This document shows, one piece after another, positions 42,037 through 50,872 of a stretch of 64,000 bases of DNA; position 1 is the first letter of the stretch, and every line of letters begins with the position of its first letter. Below the pieces are notes generated by a model. The model saw only the letters and a program-made list of their open reading frames with translations. It was not told the DNA's origin and did no database searches. The position numbers and the translations under genes are program-made. Source of the stretch: Candidatus Eiseniibacteriota bacterium (lineage in GTDB: Bacteria; Eisenbacteria; RBG-16-71-46; JABDJR01); assembly GCA_963783375.1 (NCBI GenBank), contig CAWANH010000028.1:32001-96000 (forward strand). The letters are read 5' to 3'.

Positions 42037-42276
42037 GCAACGTCTCCTGATGGGGATCAAACCTGACTTCAAAGGGGATCAAAGGCGAAGGATTCTATCA
42101 CGTTTGGCGAGCCGTCACGCGGGGCAGTCCACGGGGCCTCCGCGAATTCAGGGTTGGAGGAAGCGGTATCGATTCCGCCATCGTCTCCCTCAACCCCCGA
42201 TACAAACCATGGCCCGGCAACCCGTTCCGGCGCTCCGCCCTCCCCCGCGCTCCCTCGCTCTGCTATCCTTCCCGCC

Positions 42277-43650
42277 ATGAAACACGTCGCCCTTTTCCTG
42301 ACCCTGGCCCTGGTCCTGGCCGCCTGCGGGTCCGGCCCCCGGGAGAAGGCGCCCGCCTCCGGCGACGGCGCCCCCGCGGAAACCACGGCCAAGGCCGGAA
42401 AGCTGACCCTCCCCTTTCTGGCCGACGACTACGCCGGCGCCCTGAGCCAGGCCCGGGAGCGGAAGCTCCCCATCTTCATCGAGACCTGGGCTCCCTGGTG
42501 ACACACCTGTCGCTCGATGAAGGCCTTCGTCTTTACCGATGAGGCCCTCGAGAGCGAAGCCGGGCGGTTCGTCTGGCTCGAGCTGAACACGGAACGCGCG
42601 GAGAACGCCCCGGTGGTGGCCGCCCTCCACGTCCAGGCCCTCCCTACCTATTACATCGTGGACCCGGAGAGCGAGCGCATCCTGGCCCGCCGGCTGGGCG
42701 GCGCCACCGTGGCCCAGCTCAAGGGCTTCCTGGACTCGGGCTACGACACCTTCGCCGGCACCGGACTCGCCCCCGCCGATCGCCACGTGGCGCGCGCCGA
42801 ATCGCTCTACGCCGCGGGGGACATGCCCGCCGCGATCGCCGCCTACCGCGTCGCCCTGGACGAGGGCGGCCCGGAATGGTCCGGCTATCCCATGACCATG
42901 GAAGCCCTCCTCTACGCGCTCCAGATGCACGAGGAGTTCGAGCCCGCGGCGATCCTCGCCCGGGAGAGCTATCCCCGCCTCCGCCGCACCGCCTCCGCGG
43001 CCAACGTGGCCGGGGTGGGGCTCGACAGCGCCCTGGAGCTGGCGTCCGACGACCCCGATCGGGCCGGGCTCATCCACGACCTCATGACCGACGCGGAGGA
43101 GGTCACCTCCGACCGCTCGATCCCCGTGGCCGCCGACGACCGGTCCTCGGTGTTCGGCTCGCTCATCTCGGCCCAGGAAAGCCTCGGGGATTCCGCGGCG
43201 GCGCGCGCGACCACCGAGGCCTGGGCGGAATTCCTGGAGGGCGAGGCGGCCCGGGCCCGGACCCCCGACGAACGCGCGGTGTTCGACTCCCACCGCCTGA
43301 GCGCCTACCTGGAGCTGGGCGAGCCCGAGCGAGCGATTCCCATGCTCCGGCGATCCGAGCGCGACCTCCCCGGCGACTACAACCCACCGGCCCGGCTCGC
43401 CGTCGCCTACCTCCGGATGGGCCGGCTCGACGACGCCCTGAGCGCCTCGGATCGCGCCCTGGCCAAGGCCTACGGGCCGCGAAAGCTCCGCATCCTCCTC
43501 AACCGGGCGGACATCCTGGTCGCGAAAGAGGACCCGGCCGGGGCCCGCAGGACCCTGGAGGACGCCCTCGACCTGGCCCGGGGCATGCCGCCGGAGCAGC
43601 GATCGAAGTCGATGATCGCCCGGATCGAAAAGCGCATCGCGGGGACATGA
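42277..43650 (+). CDS. lipoprotein thioredoxin-fold + TPR protein with a UxxC active site (probable selenoprotein, Sec codon 42499-42501)
   Basis: MKHVALFLTLALVLAAC lipobox; [34 protein letters not shown] in frame with ORF 42517..43650 (VQALPTYY cis-Pro, TPR-like helices). Confidence 0.88.
42499..42541 (+). promoter_or_regulatory. putative bacterial SECIS element
   Basis: UGA, then 14 nt, then stem GATGAA/TTCGTC with loop GGCC; lower stem TGTCG/CGATG. Confidence 0.65.
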
Positions 43651-45131
43651 CCTTGCCCGCCCCGCGCGCGCTTCGGCCGACGACCGTTCCCGGGGCGATC
43701 GCCGTCACCGCCCTCGCCCTCTTCGTCTTCGGGATCGCGCCGGCCCGCGCCGGCGGCATCGTCATCGACGGCCGGTTCGACGACTGGGCGGGGACCGCGC
43801 CCGCCTACGAACGCGCGCACGCGGAGACCCCGCCGGCGGGCGAACGGGCCGATGCGCGGACGGTGATCGAAGCGGTGTGGGTGTCATCCGACCGCGACCG
43901 CCTGGCCGTCCGCTTCCGGCTGAGCCGCGCGATCTCCCTCCAGAAGGACAACACTCTCGTCCTGGATCTGGACACCGATCTGTCCGGGTCGACCGGCTTT
44001 CTCCCCGATGGCGCCGACCTCCGCTGGACCTTCGCCGGGAGCGAGGGGCGGGCCGTCGTACTCGGGGTTCCGGTCCGGCTCACCCCCGCCGCGGTGGGCC
44101 TTCGCCAGGGACCCACCGTCACCTCCCGCGAGTTCGAGGTCTCCTTCGACCGGCGCGCCTCGGTGGCCGGGGCCCCGATCCTCGCCGGGGACTCGGTGAC
44201 CGTGGTGTTGCGGGACCAGGGCCCTTCGCCGTTCTCGACCGGCAGGCTCACCGCCGCGCTCTCCGATCGCCTCCCCGAGGCCGGCCCGCCGCCCTCCTTC
44301 GCCCGCCGGGACCCCACCGACCTCCGTCTCCTCACCTACAACGTCCTCTTCGACGGCTGCTTCGACCGCCCCGAGCCCTTCCGGCGGATCCTCCGGGCCC
44401 TCGACCCCGACGTCGTCTGCTTCCAGGAGATCTACAACCACTCCCCCGAAGAGGTGCGGGAGTGGATGGAACAGACGCTACCCGGAATCCGGTGGATGAT
44501 CGCGGGAGACGGCGGCCAGGGGATCGTGGCGAGCCGCTACCCGGTCCGGGACTCCGGACCCCTGGGGGCGAGGCGCCGGGGCGGCTGGGCGCGGATCGGG
44601 ACCCCCGAAGGCGACCTCCTGGTGGTCAATCCCCACCCCCCCTGCTGCAACGACGACGCCGGCCGGGAACGGGAGTTCGACGCCATGGCCGCCTGGATCC
44701 GGGACGGGCGCCGCGCCGGGCGCCTGTCCGCGAACATCCCCCTGGTGATCGCGGGGGACATGAACCTGGTCGGGGACGCCCGCCAGCTGGCCACCCTGCT
44801 CACCGGGACCATCGTGGACACCGCGGCCTTCGGCCCGGGGGCCGCTCCCGACGGGGACGGAACCCCCCTCGAGGACGCCGTCCCCCTCCACCTCACCGGG
44901 CGCGAGTCCTATACCTGGCGAAACGACCGCGGGGCCTTCGCTCCCGGCCGGCTCGACTACATCGTCTTCTCGGACAGCGTGCTCGGGCTGGCCCGGTCGT
45001 TCGTGCTGTGGACCCCGGATCTTCCGCCCGCGTTTCTCGAGGCGTCCGGGCTCGAGCCCATGGACACCGCGATCGCCTCGGACCACCTGCCGGTGGTGGC
45101 CGACTTCTACTTCCCCGGCTCCTCCCGCTGA
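43647..45131 (+). CDS. secreted endonuclease/exonuclease/phosphatase (EEP) family protein
   Basis: Signal peptide, IDGRFDDW N-domain, LTYNV, CFQE, HPPCC, AGDMN, RLDY, SDHLPV; ATGA overlap with the upstream gene. Confidence 0.88.
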   Translation: MTLPAPRALRPTTVPGAIAVTALALFVFGIAPARAGGIVIDGRFDDWAGTAPAYERAHAETPPAGERADARTVIEAVWVSSDRDRLAVRFRLSRAISLQKDNTLVLDLDTDLSGSTGFLPDGADLRWTFAGSEGRAVVLGVPVRLTPAAVGLRQGPTVTSREFEVSFDRRASVAGAPILAGDSVTVVLRDQGPSPFSTGRLTAALSDRLPEAGPPPSFARRDPTDLRLLTYNVLFDGCFDRPEPFRRILRALDPDVVCFQEIYNHSPEEVREWMEQTLPGIRWMIAGDGGQGIVASRYPVRDSGPLGARRRGGWARIGTPEGDLLVVNPHPPCCNDDAGREREFDAMAAWIRDGRRAGRLSANIPLVIAGDMNLVGDARQLATLLTGTIVDTAAFGPGAAPDGDGTPLEDAVPLHLTGRESYTWRNDRGAFAPGRLDYIVFSDSVLGLARSFVLWTPDLPPAFLEASGLEPMDTAIASDHLPVVADFYFPGSSR

Positions 45132-45772
45132 GCCAGGTTCACCAGCAGGAGGCGCAGGATCCGACGGGCGTCGTCCGGCCCCACCCGGTCCACCGCCTCG
45201 GCCAGGGCCCTTAGCGTCCGGGGATCCCGGTCCCCTTCCGGCTCCAACCCCGCCTCGGTTTGGAAGTCCCGGATCGCCCGGTCCGCGCCCTCATCCCACT
45301 CCCCGGTGCCGATGTCCGTCGGGTGGCCGAGCGCGGAGAGGACCGCCTTCAGGAGCACCCGCTCCTCGTAGCTGAACCGGTCCGCGTCGAACCGCGGGGA
45401 GGACACGACGATCTGGGAAGGGTCGCGGACCTCGATCTGGGGTTTCCCCCGGTAGGTCTCGACGGTTCCGGTGACGCAGACTTCCCGCTGGGCGAACATC
45501 CGGTGGGGCGGGCTTTCGAACTTGCGGTTGTTGTCCCCCCAGATCACCACGGTGAACGTCTGGTCGGGATAGGGCCGGCCGAAGTTGAGGAAGGTGGGCT
45601 CCCCCTTCAGGCGGTCGAAATGAGCGGCCCCGGCCACCGTGCCGCAGACCGTGATCGCCTCGCCCACGTGCTTCGAGGCCTCGGCGGCGGGCACCGGCTC
45701 CGCGCCCCGGACCGGGCTGGCGAGGACGAGTAGGAGCGCGGCGGACAGCGAAACCCGGACGGATCGAAACAT
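45107..45772 (-). CDS. secreted OB-fold protein with a C-terminal peptidoglycan-binding-like domain
   Basis: Signal peptide; HVGEAITVCGTV...TFLNFGRPYPDQTFTVVIW...YRGKPQIEV; LSALGH...AIRDFQTEAGL. Confidence 0.7.
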   Translation of the reverse strand: MFRSVRVSLSAALLLVLASPVRGAEPVPAAEASKHVGEAITVCGTVAGAAHFDRLKGEPTFLNFGRPYPDQTFTVVIWGDNNRKFESPPHRMFAQREVCVTGTVETYRGKPQIEVRDPSQIVVSSPRFDADRFSYEERVLLKAVLSALGHPTDIGTGEWDEGADRAIRDFQTEAGLEPEGDRDPRTLRALAEAVDRVGPDDARRILRLLLVNLAQREEPGK

Positions 45773-45844
45773 CAGAACTCCTTCACCTCGGGCACTTGTC
45801 CCGGCGCCGATACCGTTCATATGGGCGGCCCCGCTCCGGTCCGG

Positions 45845-46462
45845 TCAGTTCATGGTCGCGGAGAAGCGCAGGGCCAGGCTCGTTCCGGTCCAGCTCGCGT
45901 CGATCCCCTTCTCGGGGAAGGAGTGGTAGCCGAAAGCCAGCGCCACCCCGAGTCCCCAGGAGTCCCCCACCCACCACTCCTTGCCCAGCGACAGGTCGGT
46001 GATGGGACCGTCATCGGTCTCTCCGCCCGGGCCGTTGGTCGGATCCACGGTCAGGGATCCCCAGCCTACCGAACCGGAGAGGTACACGTTGGCGGGCATG
46101 AAATAGTAGGTGAGGCCCCCGGCGACCCCGGCCATGCTCACATCTCCGTTGAGTTGGCCCGAGCCGACCCCTTTCCACTCCACGTCGGGATCGCTGGCCA
46201 CCCAGCTCAACAAGGTACCGTGAAGGGCGAGGTTCGGGGAGACCATCCCGCCGATGGCGATGTTCAGGTCGCCGGTGGGGCCGCTGACCTCGAAGCTGGC
46301 CCCCTGGTAGTCGATCGACGTCGTGGCGTAGCCCCCTCCGGCGGAGAGCCGGAGGAAGAAGCCGTCGTGGGTGCGGGGGGCGCCGGCGGCGGCCGCCGCC
46401 GACCAGAGGACGCACAGGAGCACCACCGAGCCGATGATGAGCGCGAAGCGATGGACGGACAT
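45845..46462 (-). CDS. outer-membrane beta-barrel protein
   Basis: RBS GAGGAGG; signal peptide; THDGFFLRLSAGGG, GLTYYFMP, GKEWWV; amphipathic strands ending FSATMN. Confidence 0.78.
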   Translation of the reverse strand: MSVHRFALIIGSVVLLCVLWSAAAAAGAPRTHDGFFLRLSAGGGYATTSIDYQGASFEVSGPTGDLNIAIGGMVSPNLALHGTLLSWVASDPDVEWKGVGSGQLNGDVSMAGVAGGLTYYFMPANVYLSGSVGWGSLTVDPTNGPGGETDDGPITDLSLGKEWWVGDSWGLGVALAFGYHSFPEKGIDASWTGTSLALRFSATMN

Positions 46463-46694
46463 GGGTCGTTCCTCCTCATCGATGAAGTGCCGCATGGCTG
46501 GACTCATCGGACAGGGAAGCGGCGCCGGACTGTCCCCGGGAAGAGCGGGCACGGGGGCGTGCCATCCCCATGCTTAAATCGAATCGGGAAGAAGTGCAAT
46601 CCAATTCGGAGGCCCCTCACCAGGAAGGGATCGAGCCACCCGACGGTTGAAGCGGGGACGGTGGGGCCCGGGGCGCCGGCCCGCCCCGGGGGGC

Positions 46695-47558
46695 TCAGAC
46701 CGCGGGAACCAGCGTCCCGTCCTCGATGAGCCCGGAGACCACGTCGGGGGCCTCCGACGCATCCGCCCCCAGCTTCGTGATCTCACCGACCAGGGCATCG
46801 AAATCCCGGGGGGCACCGGCAAAGGCCAGGAACTCGTAGAGGCCCCGGGTGATCTCCGTGGCCCCGGCGGCGAACCGCACGCGGGGACCGTCGTCCCGGA
46901 CGAGTTCCAGGAGAAGGAACTCGGGCCGCGCCGGGTCGAGCCGGGTACCCGGCATGGACGCCGGGGAATCGAGCACGGCGCGGGCCAGGTCCCCGGTGGA
47001 GCCGGCGAGCGCCACGTGGATCGCCTCGTGGAGGTCGGCGGTCCGGCGGGGAGCGGTGTGAAGCGCCTTGTCCGTGGAGAGCCGCCAGGCCGAGCCCTCC
47101 CCGGGGTCCTCCGGAGACGGCGGGGCGTCCCGGTGAAGCCGGACGATCGCCTGCTCCAGCCGGGCCAGCGCGGTCACCCTTCGATCGGGCACGCTTCCCG
47201 CGGCGGCCTGATCGGCCAGGTAATCCCCGAAGGCCAGGGCCATCGATCCCCGCTCCTGGACCGAAGCGTGGAAGGGGGCGGAGCCGAAGAAGGCGAGGAG
47301 CGGGCCGGGACCTTCGGCCGAGCGCACGGCCAGCGCCCCCGCGGCCGGGTACTGCTGGAGAAGAATGTTGAGCGAGCGCACCGGGCGCTCGGAGTCGACG
47401 CGCCAGGCGCGCGGATCCGGCCCGAGAAGCCACCCCCGCTCCTCGGCGGTGAGATCGATCCCCGCCAGCGCTCCGTCGGGATCCCCCAGCACCCGCCGGG
47501 CGAACCCCGGGTCGTAGAGCATCCGCACCATGACCCGCTGGAGCGCGACGTGGCTCAT
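46695..47558 (-). CDS. hypothetical MNIO partner protein
   Basis: MSHVALQRVMVRMLYDPGFARRVLGDP...; its ATG overlaps the DUF692 stop (ATGA); C-terminal winged-helix/RRE-like end (VVSGLIEDGTL). Confidence 0.7.
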   Translation of the reverse strand: MSHVALQRVMVRMLYDPGFARRVLGDPDGALAGIDLTAEERGWLLGPDPRAWRVDSERPVRSLNILLQQYPAAGALAVRSAEGPGPLLAFFGSAPFHASVQERGSMALAFGDYLADQAAAGSVPDRRVTALARLEQAIVRLHRDAPPSPEDPGEGSAWRLSTDKALHTAPRRTADLHEAIHVALAGSTGDLARAVLDSPASMPGTRLDPARPEFLLLELVRDDGPRVRFAAGATEITRGLYEFLAFAGAPRDFDALVGEITKLGADASEAPDVVSGLIEDGTLVPAV

Positions 47559-48442
47559 CCGGCCCCCGTTCCCAGGAGCGGTGATCCGGAGAGCACCGAG
47601 GCGATCCGCGCGAAGCCCGGAAGGGTCTCGGGAAGGGGGTTTCGCTCGCACTCGAACACCACCGCCCGGAGGTTCGGGCAGCGGGGCACCAGGTGTTCGA
47701 AGATCCTCCAGGTCTCGGCCAGCACCTCGGGGGTGTGGTCGTCTTCCACGTACTCCCATCCGTCGTGGGACCGGCCGCTCCCCCCCGCCACGTGCATCTC
47801 CACGATTCGCTCCATGGGAAACCCGTCCAGGCCGGTGAGCGGCGCGTGCCCGTGGCTCTTCTGGTAGATGGCCAGGTGGGCGCAGTCGAGGAGCATCCCG
47901 GTGTCGGCGCGCCCGATCGCCCGGGCGAAGAAGTCCAGGAGATGGAGGTTCCCCAGGAACACCGCCCCGGGCGGGTTTTCGGGGAACACCTCGTAGCCCA
48001 CCGACTCGCGCAGCCGGATCACGCCCTCGGCGATCGCCTCCGCCGAGGCCTCGGAGAGGATCGGGGGAAGGAGCAGCATGTGCCCAGGCTCGCGCCCCCC
48101 GAAATGCCACATCCCGGCATCCCCGCAGAACCAGGCCGGCCGGAGGGCGGCGGCCAGGGAACGAACCTCGTCCAGCCAGGCCGGCTCGAAGTCCTCGGGA
48201 TCGTCCAGGTTCAGGTCGAGGAAGTGGTAGGTGGCGGGAAGCCCCAGCCCGGCCCACTCCCGGGCGTGTCGATCGAGCCCGGAGAGCGTCTCCACCCCGA
48301 CCTCCAGGAAGCCGGCGTAGGCCGGGTGGAGATGCCGAAGCTCGGGCACGTCGAGACCGCGGGGGGAATCTCCCGCCCCGTATTCGGTAGATACTCCAAG
48401 ACCCAACCGGGGAAGCGCCAGGACACGCTGACTGAAGTCCAT
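47555..48442 (-). CDS. DUF692 family multinuclear non-heme iron oxidative enzyme (MNIO, MbnB/TglH/ChrH-like)
   Basis: LGLG start, FLEV, YHFLDLNL, PENPP, MLLDCAH, EMHVAGG, DDH, VVFECE follow the DUF692 motif order. Confidence 0.85.
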   Translation of the reverse strand: MDFSQRVLALPRLGLGVSTEYGAGDSPRGLDVPELRHLHPAYAGFLEVGVETLSGLDRHAREWAGLGLPATYHFLDLNLDDPEDFEPAWLDEVRSLAAALRPAWFCGDAGMWHFGGREPGHMLLLPPILSEASAEAIAEGVIRLRESVGYEVFPENPPGAVFLGNLHLLDFFARAIGRADTGMLLDCAHLAIYQKSHGHAPLTGLDGFPMERIVEMHVAGGSGRSHDGWEYVEDDHTPEVLAETWRIFEHLVPRCPNLRAVVFECERNPLPETLPGFARIASVLSGSPLLGTGAG

Positions 48443-48559
48443 ATCGAGAGTTTAGCAGCCTGATCCGCTTCCCATCGGGGCCGGGCCGATGCTAGGATCT
48501 TTGCAACCTCCCCTCGGTCCGATCCGTCGGACCCGATACCCCTCGTAGGCCGTCAACCC

Positions 48560-49866
48560 ATGAACATCCTTGATCGCCCGGAGAGGGCCCCCAGGGCCTT
48601 CCGCCGCGGGCCTGTGTACATTCCGAAGCCGTGGCGGCTGGCGCTCGGCCTGGCCGTGGCCGGGCTGCTCTCCGTCGCCCCACCGGTCGGCTCCCCCGCC
48701 GGCGCGGCCCCCCTGTCTCTTCAGTCGGATGCCGCGGTTCCGTTTTCCCCGGGGTCGGGGACGTGGTGGACGCCATGACGGTGTCGCGGCTCGACGGATT
48801 CCTCCGGGATCTCTGCGGGGCCAACGAGGTCACGGTGGACGGGGGTCCGGTGGCTTTCTCCACCCGCTGGTCCCTGAGCACGGAGGGCGCCCAGGCCGGC
48901 CGGTACGTGGCCGACCGCCTCGCCGGGATGGGATACGAGGTGCGCACCGAGGCGTTTCCGGTGGGGAACAAGACCGGGCTGAACGTGGTGGCCCGCCTCC
49001 CCGGGCAGGTGACGCCGGACCGGGTCTACATTCTCGGCGCCCACCTGGATTCGATCTCGGAGCTTCCGACAACCCTGGCCCCGGGCGCCGAGGACAACGG
49101 GAGCGGCTCCGCCGGAGTTCTGACCGCGGCCGCCGCGCTCGCCGGCCGACGCTTCGAGTCGACCATCGAGTTGGTCCTCTTCTCCGGGGAGGAGCAGCTG
49201 GTCAAGGGAAGCTTCGCCTACGTGAAGAACGCCTTGGCCGGAGGCCGGGACATCCGAGGGGTGGTGATTTTCGACATGATCGCGTACTGGAAGGACCACT
49301 ACGGCCTGCTGATCAACGGGGAGACCCGCTACGGGGATCTCATGCAAAGCGCGGCCGACGCCGTGAACGCCTTCACGGATCTCTCCTGGGAGTTTTCCTA
49401 CGACGACCTCCTGAGCGACCACGTGCCCTTCATGGACGCGGGGATCCCCGCCCTGCTCCTGGCCGACCGGGACTTCCGGGCCTATCCCGCCTATCACCGA
49501 TCCGACGACACCTACGAGAAAACCGACCCCGTGCTGGCCCTGAAGATCGCCCGGGCCGGGGCGGCGGTGATCGCCCAGGCCGCGGGGCCGATGGGGCCGG
49601 CGGTCGGGGTCCCTGAAGTCCCGTCCTCCCCGGCCCGTCTCCAGGTGGCTCCCAACCCGGCCCGGGCCGCGATCTCGGTCTCCGGCACCGATGGGAGCCC
49701 GGTGGAGGTCTACGACCTGGCCGGCCGGCTGGTCCGTCGACTCCCGGGGCGGGCGGCCGGCGTCCTTCGCTGGGATCTCACCGATGCCTCGGGCCGCCCG
49801 GTTCCCCCCGGGTCGTACTGGATCCGAAGCGGCCGGGCCACGGAACGGGTGGTGATTCTCCCCTGA
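48560..49866 (+). CDS. secreted M28 family Zn peptidase with a C-terminal FlgD/T9SS-like domain; frameshift near 48750
   Basis: Signal peptide in ORF 48560..48778. NVVA, GAHLDS, PGAEDNGSG, FSGEEQ, DMI, SDH, YHRSDD and C-terminal APNP...VYDLAGRLVR...WD are in ORF 48631..49866. Confidence 0.85.
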
Positions 49867-49925
49867 CCGGGAATCCGCAGGCGACCCCCCGGGTAAATTC
49901 AAAGGAAGATGACTTTTTCAATCTC

Positions 49926-49954
49926 TTGACAAAGTTTATCTTCTAATTTAGGAT
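49926..49954 (+). promoter_or_regulatory. near-consensus sigma70 promoter TTGACA-17-TAGGAT
   Basis: AT-rich intergenic region upstream of the 50038 gene. Confidence 0.75.
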
Positions 49955-50037
49955 TGGATCCCATTCTGGCGATGGGGTTATCCCAGCTACTTCTTTCTGC
50001 TGCTTGAGGGATCCAGGATCTCTCTGCGAGGTGCATC

Positions 50038-50748
50038 ATGAGGCGTTGGCTATTGTCCCTGGGGGTCTTTGCTCTCCTTCTGCCGTCCCTGGCCCTGGCC
50101 GTTCCTGTCCCGGGCACGTACACGTCCACCGATCTGGGGGGAAACCTCCTTACCGGCCGGGCCTCCACCTGGCGCTCGGGCATCAACTCGGGCCTTCCGC
50201 ACGTGCTTCACGCCGAGTCCTGGGACGGAAGCGCTCTGGGCAACCAGTGGGAGGTGAGCTGCCCGACCGAAAACGCCGCTTTCCTCGTCCAGGACAACCG
50301 GGTGGGCGGGGTGGGGACCATCGTCTACACCTCGACCTTCACCGGAGGGACCTTCACCTTCCTTCCCGGCGCGTGGCCCTGGGGCGACGGCTCGGGGACC
50401 TTGGGCACCACCACCCTCATCACCACCGTGCAGTACGTGCTGATCAGCGGGGTGAGCACGCCGGTGGCCGCGGTGGTGAACGGCAACACCAGCGGCCAGT
50501 TCACCGACGGCTGCTACCTGACCTTCGCCATCGGAAACGGGTCCGGGGTGGGCGAGACGACGAGCGAGAACCTCGCCGTCACCAAGCCCGCCGACTACCC
50601 GACCTTCCTCGACGGCTCCTGCGGACCGGCGCCGGCCAACCAGCAGTTCGGAAGCTGGGGCACGGTGATCACGATCACCATGCGGATCGACTGTCCGGTT
50701 CCCACCAAGCCGTCCACCTGGGGCCGGATCAAGGCCACCTACAACTAG
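50038..50748 (+). CDS. secreted beta-rich (Thr/Gly) hypothetical protein with a C-terminal STWGRIK motif
   Basis: RBS GAGGTG; signal peptide MRRWLLSLGVFALLLPSLALA; ends PVPTKPSTWGRIKATYN. Confidence 0.85.
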   Translation: MRRWLLSLGVFALLLPSLALAVPVPGTYTSTDLGGNLLTGRASTWRSGINSGLPHVLHAESWDGSALGNQWEVSCPTENAAFLVQDNRVGGVGTIVYTSTFTGGTFTFLPGAWPWGDGSGTLGTTTLITTVQYVLISGVSTPVAAVVNGNTSGQFTDGCYLTFAIGNGSGVGETTSENLAVTKPADYPTFLDGSCGPAPANQQFGSWGTVITITMRIDCPVPTKPSTWGRIKATYN

Positions 50749-50773
50749 ACTGCTTTCTTCGAACGACTTCCAA

Positions 50774-50806
50774 AGCGGCCGTCGGGGTTTCCCGGCGGCC
50801 GCTCTT
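50774..50806 (+). terminator. probable intrinsic terminator hairpin
   Basis: 13-bp stem AGCGGCCGTCGGG/CCCGGCGGCCGCT, loop GTTT, weak U tract. Confidence 0.6.
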
Positions 50807-50872
50807 GGTATCCGGCGTCCGCTCTGCCATGCTTCCTGGGTCCCGTGCGCTCCCTCCCGAGGAGGATCCGAA

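Noticed and set aside
30285-42501. Genome-wide TGA reassignment (Trp or Gly) as the explanation for the in-frame TGAs
   Set aside because: TGA is the normal stop for many genes here (mscL, ATGA/GTGA overlaps). Read-through is needed only at CxxC positions.
46463-46694. RiPP precursor peptide for the DUF692 enzyme
   Set aside because: No short ORF with an RBS and a Cys- or Sec-rich core was found here or in 48443-48559.
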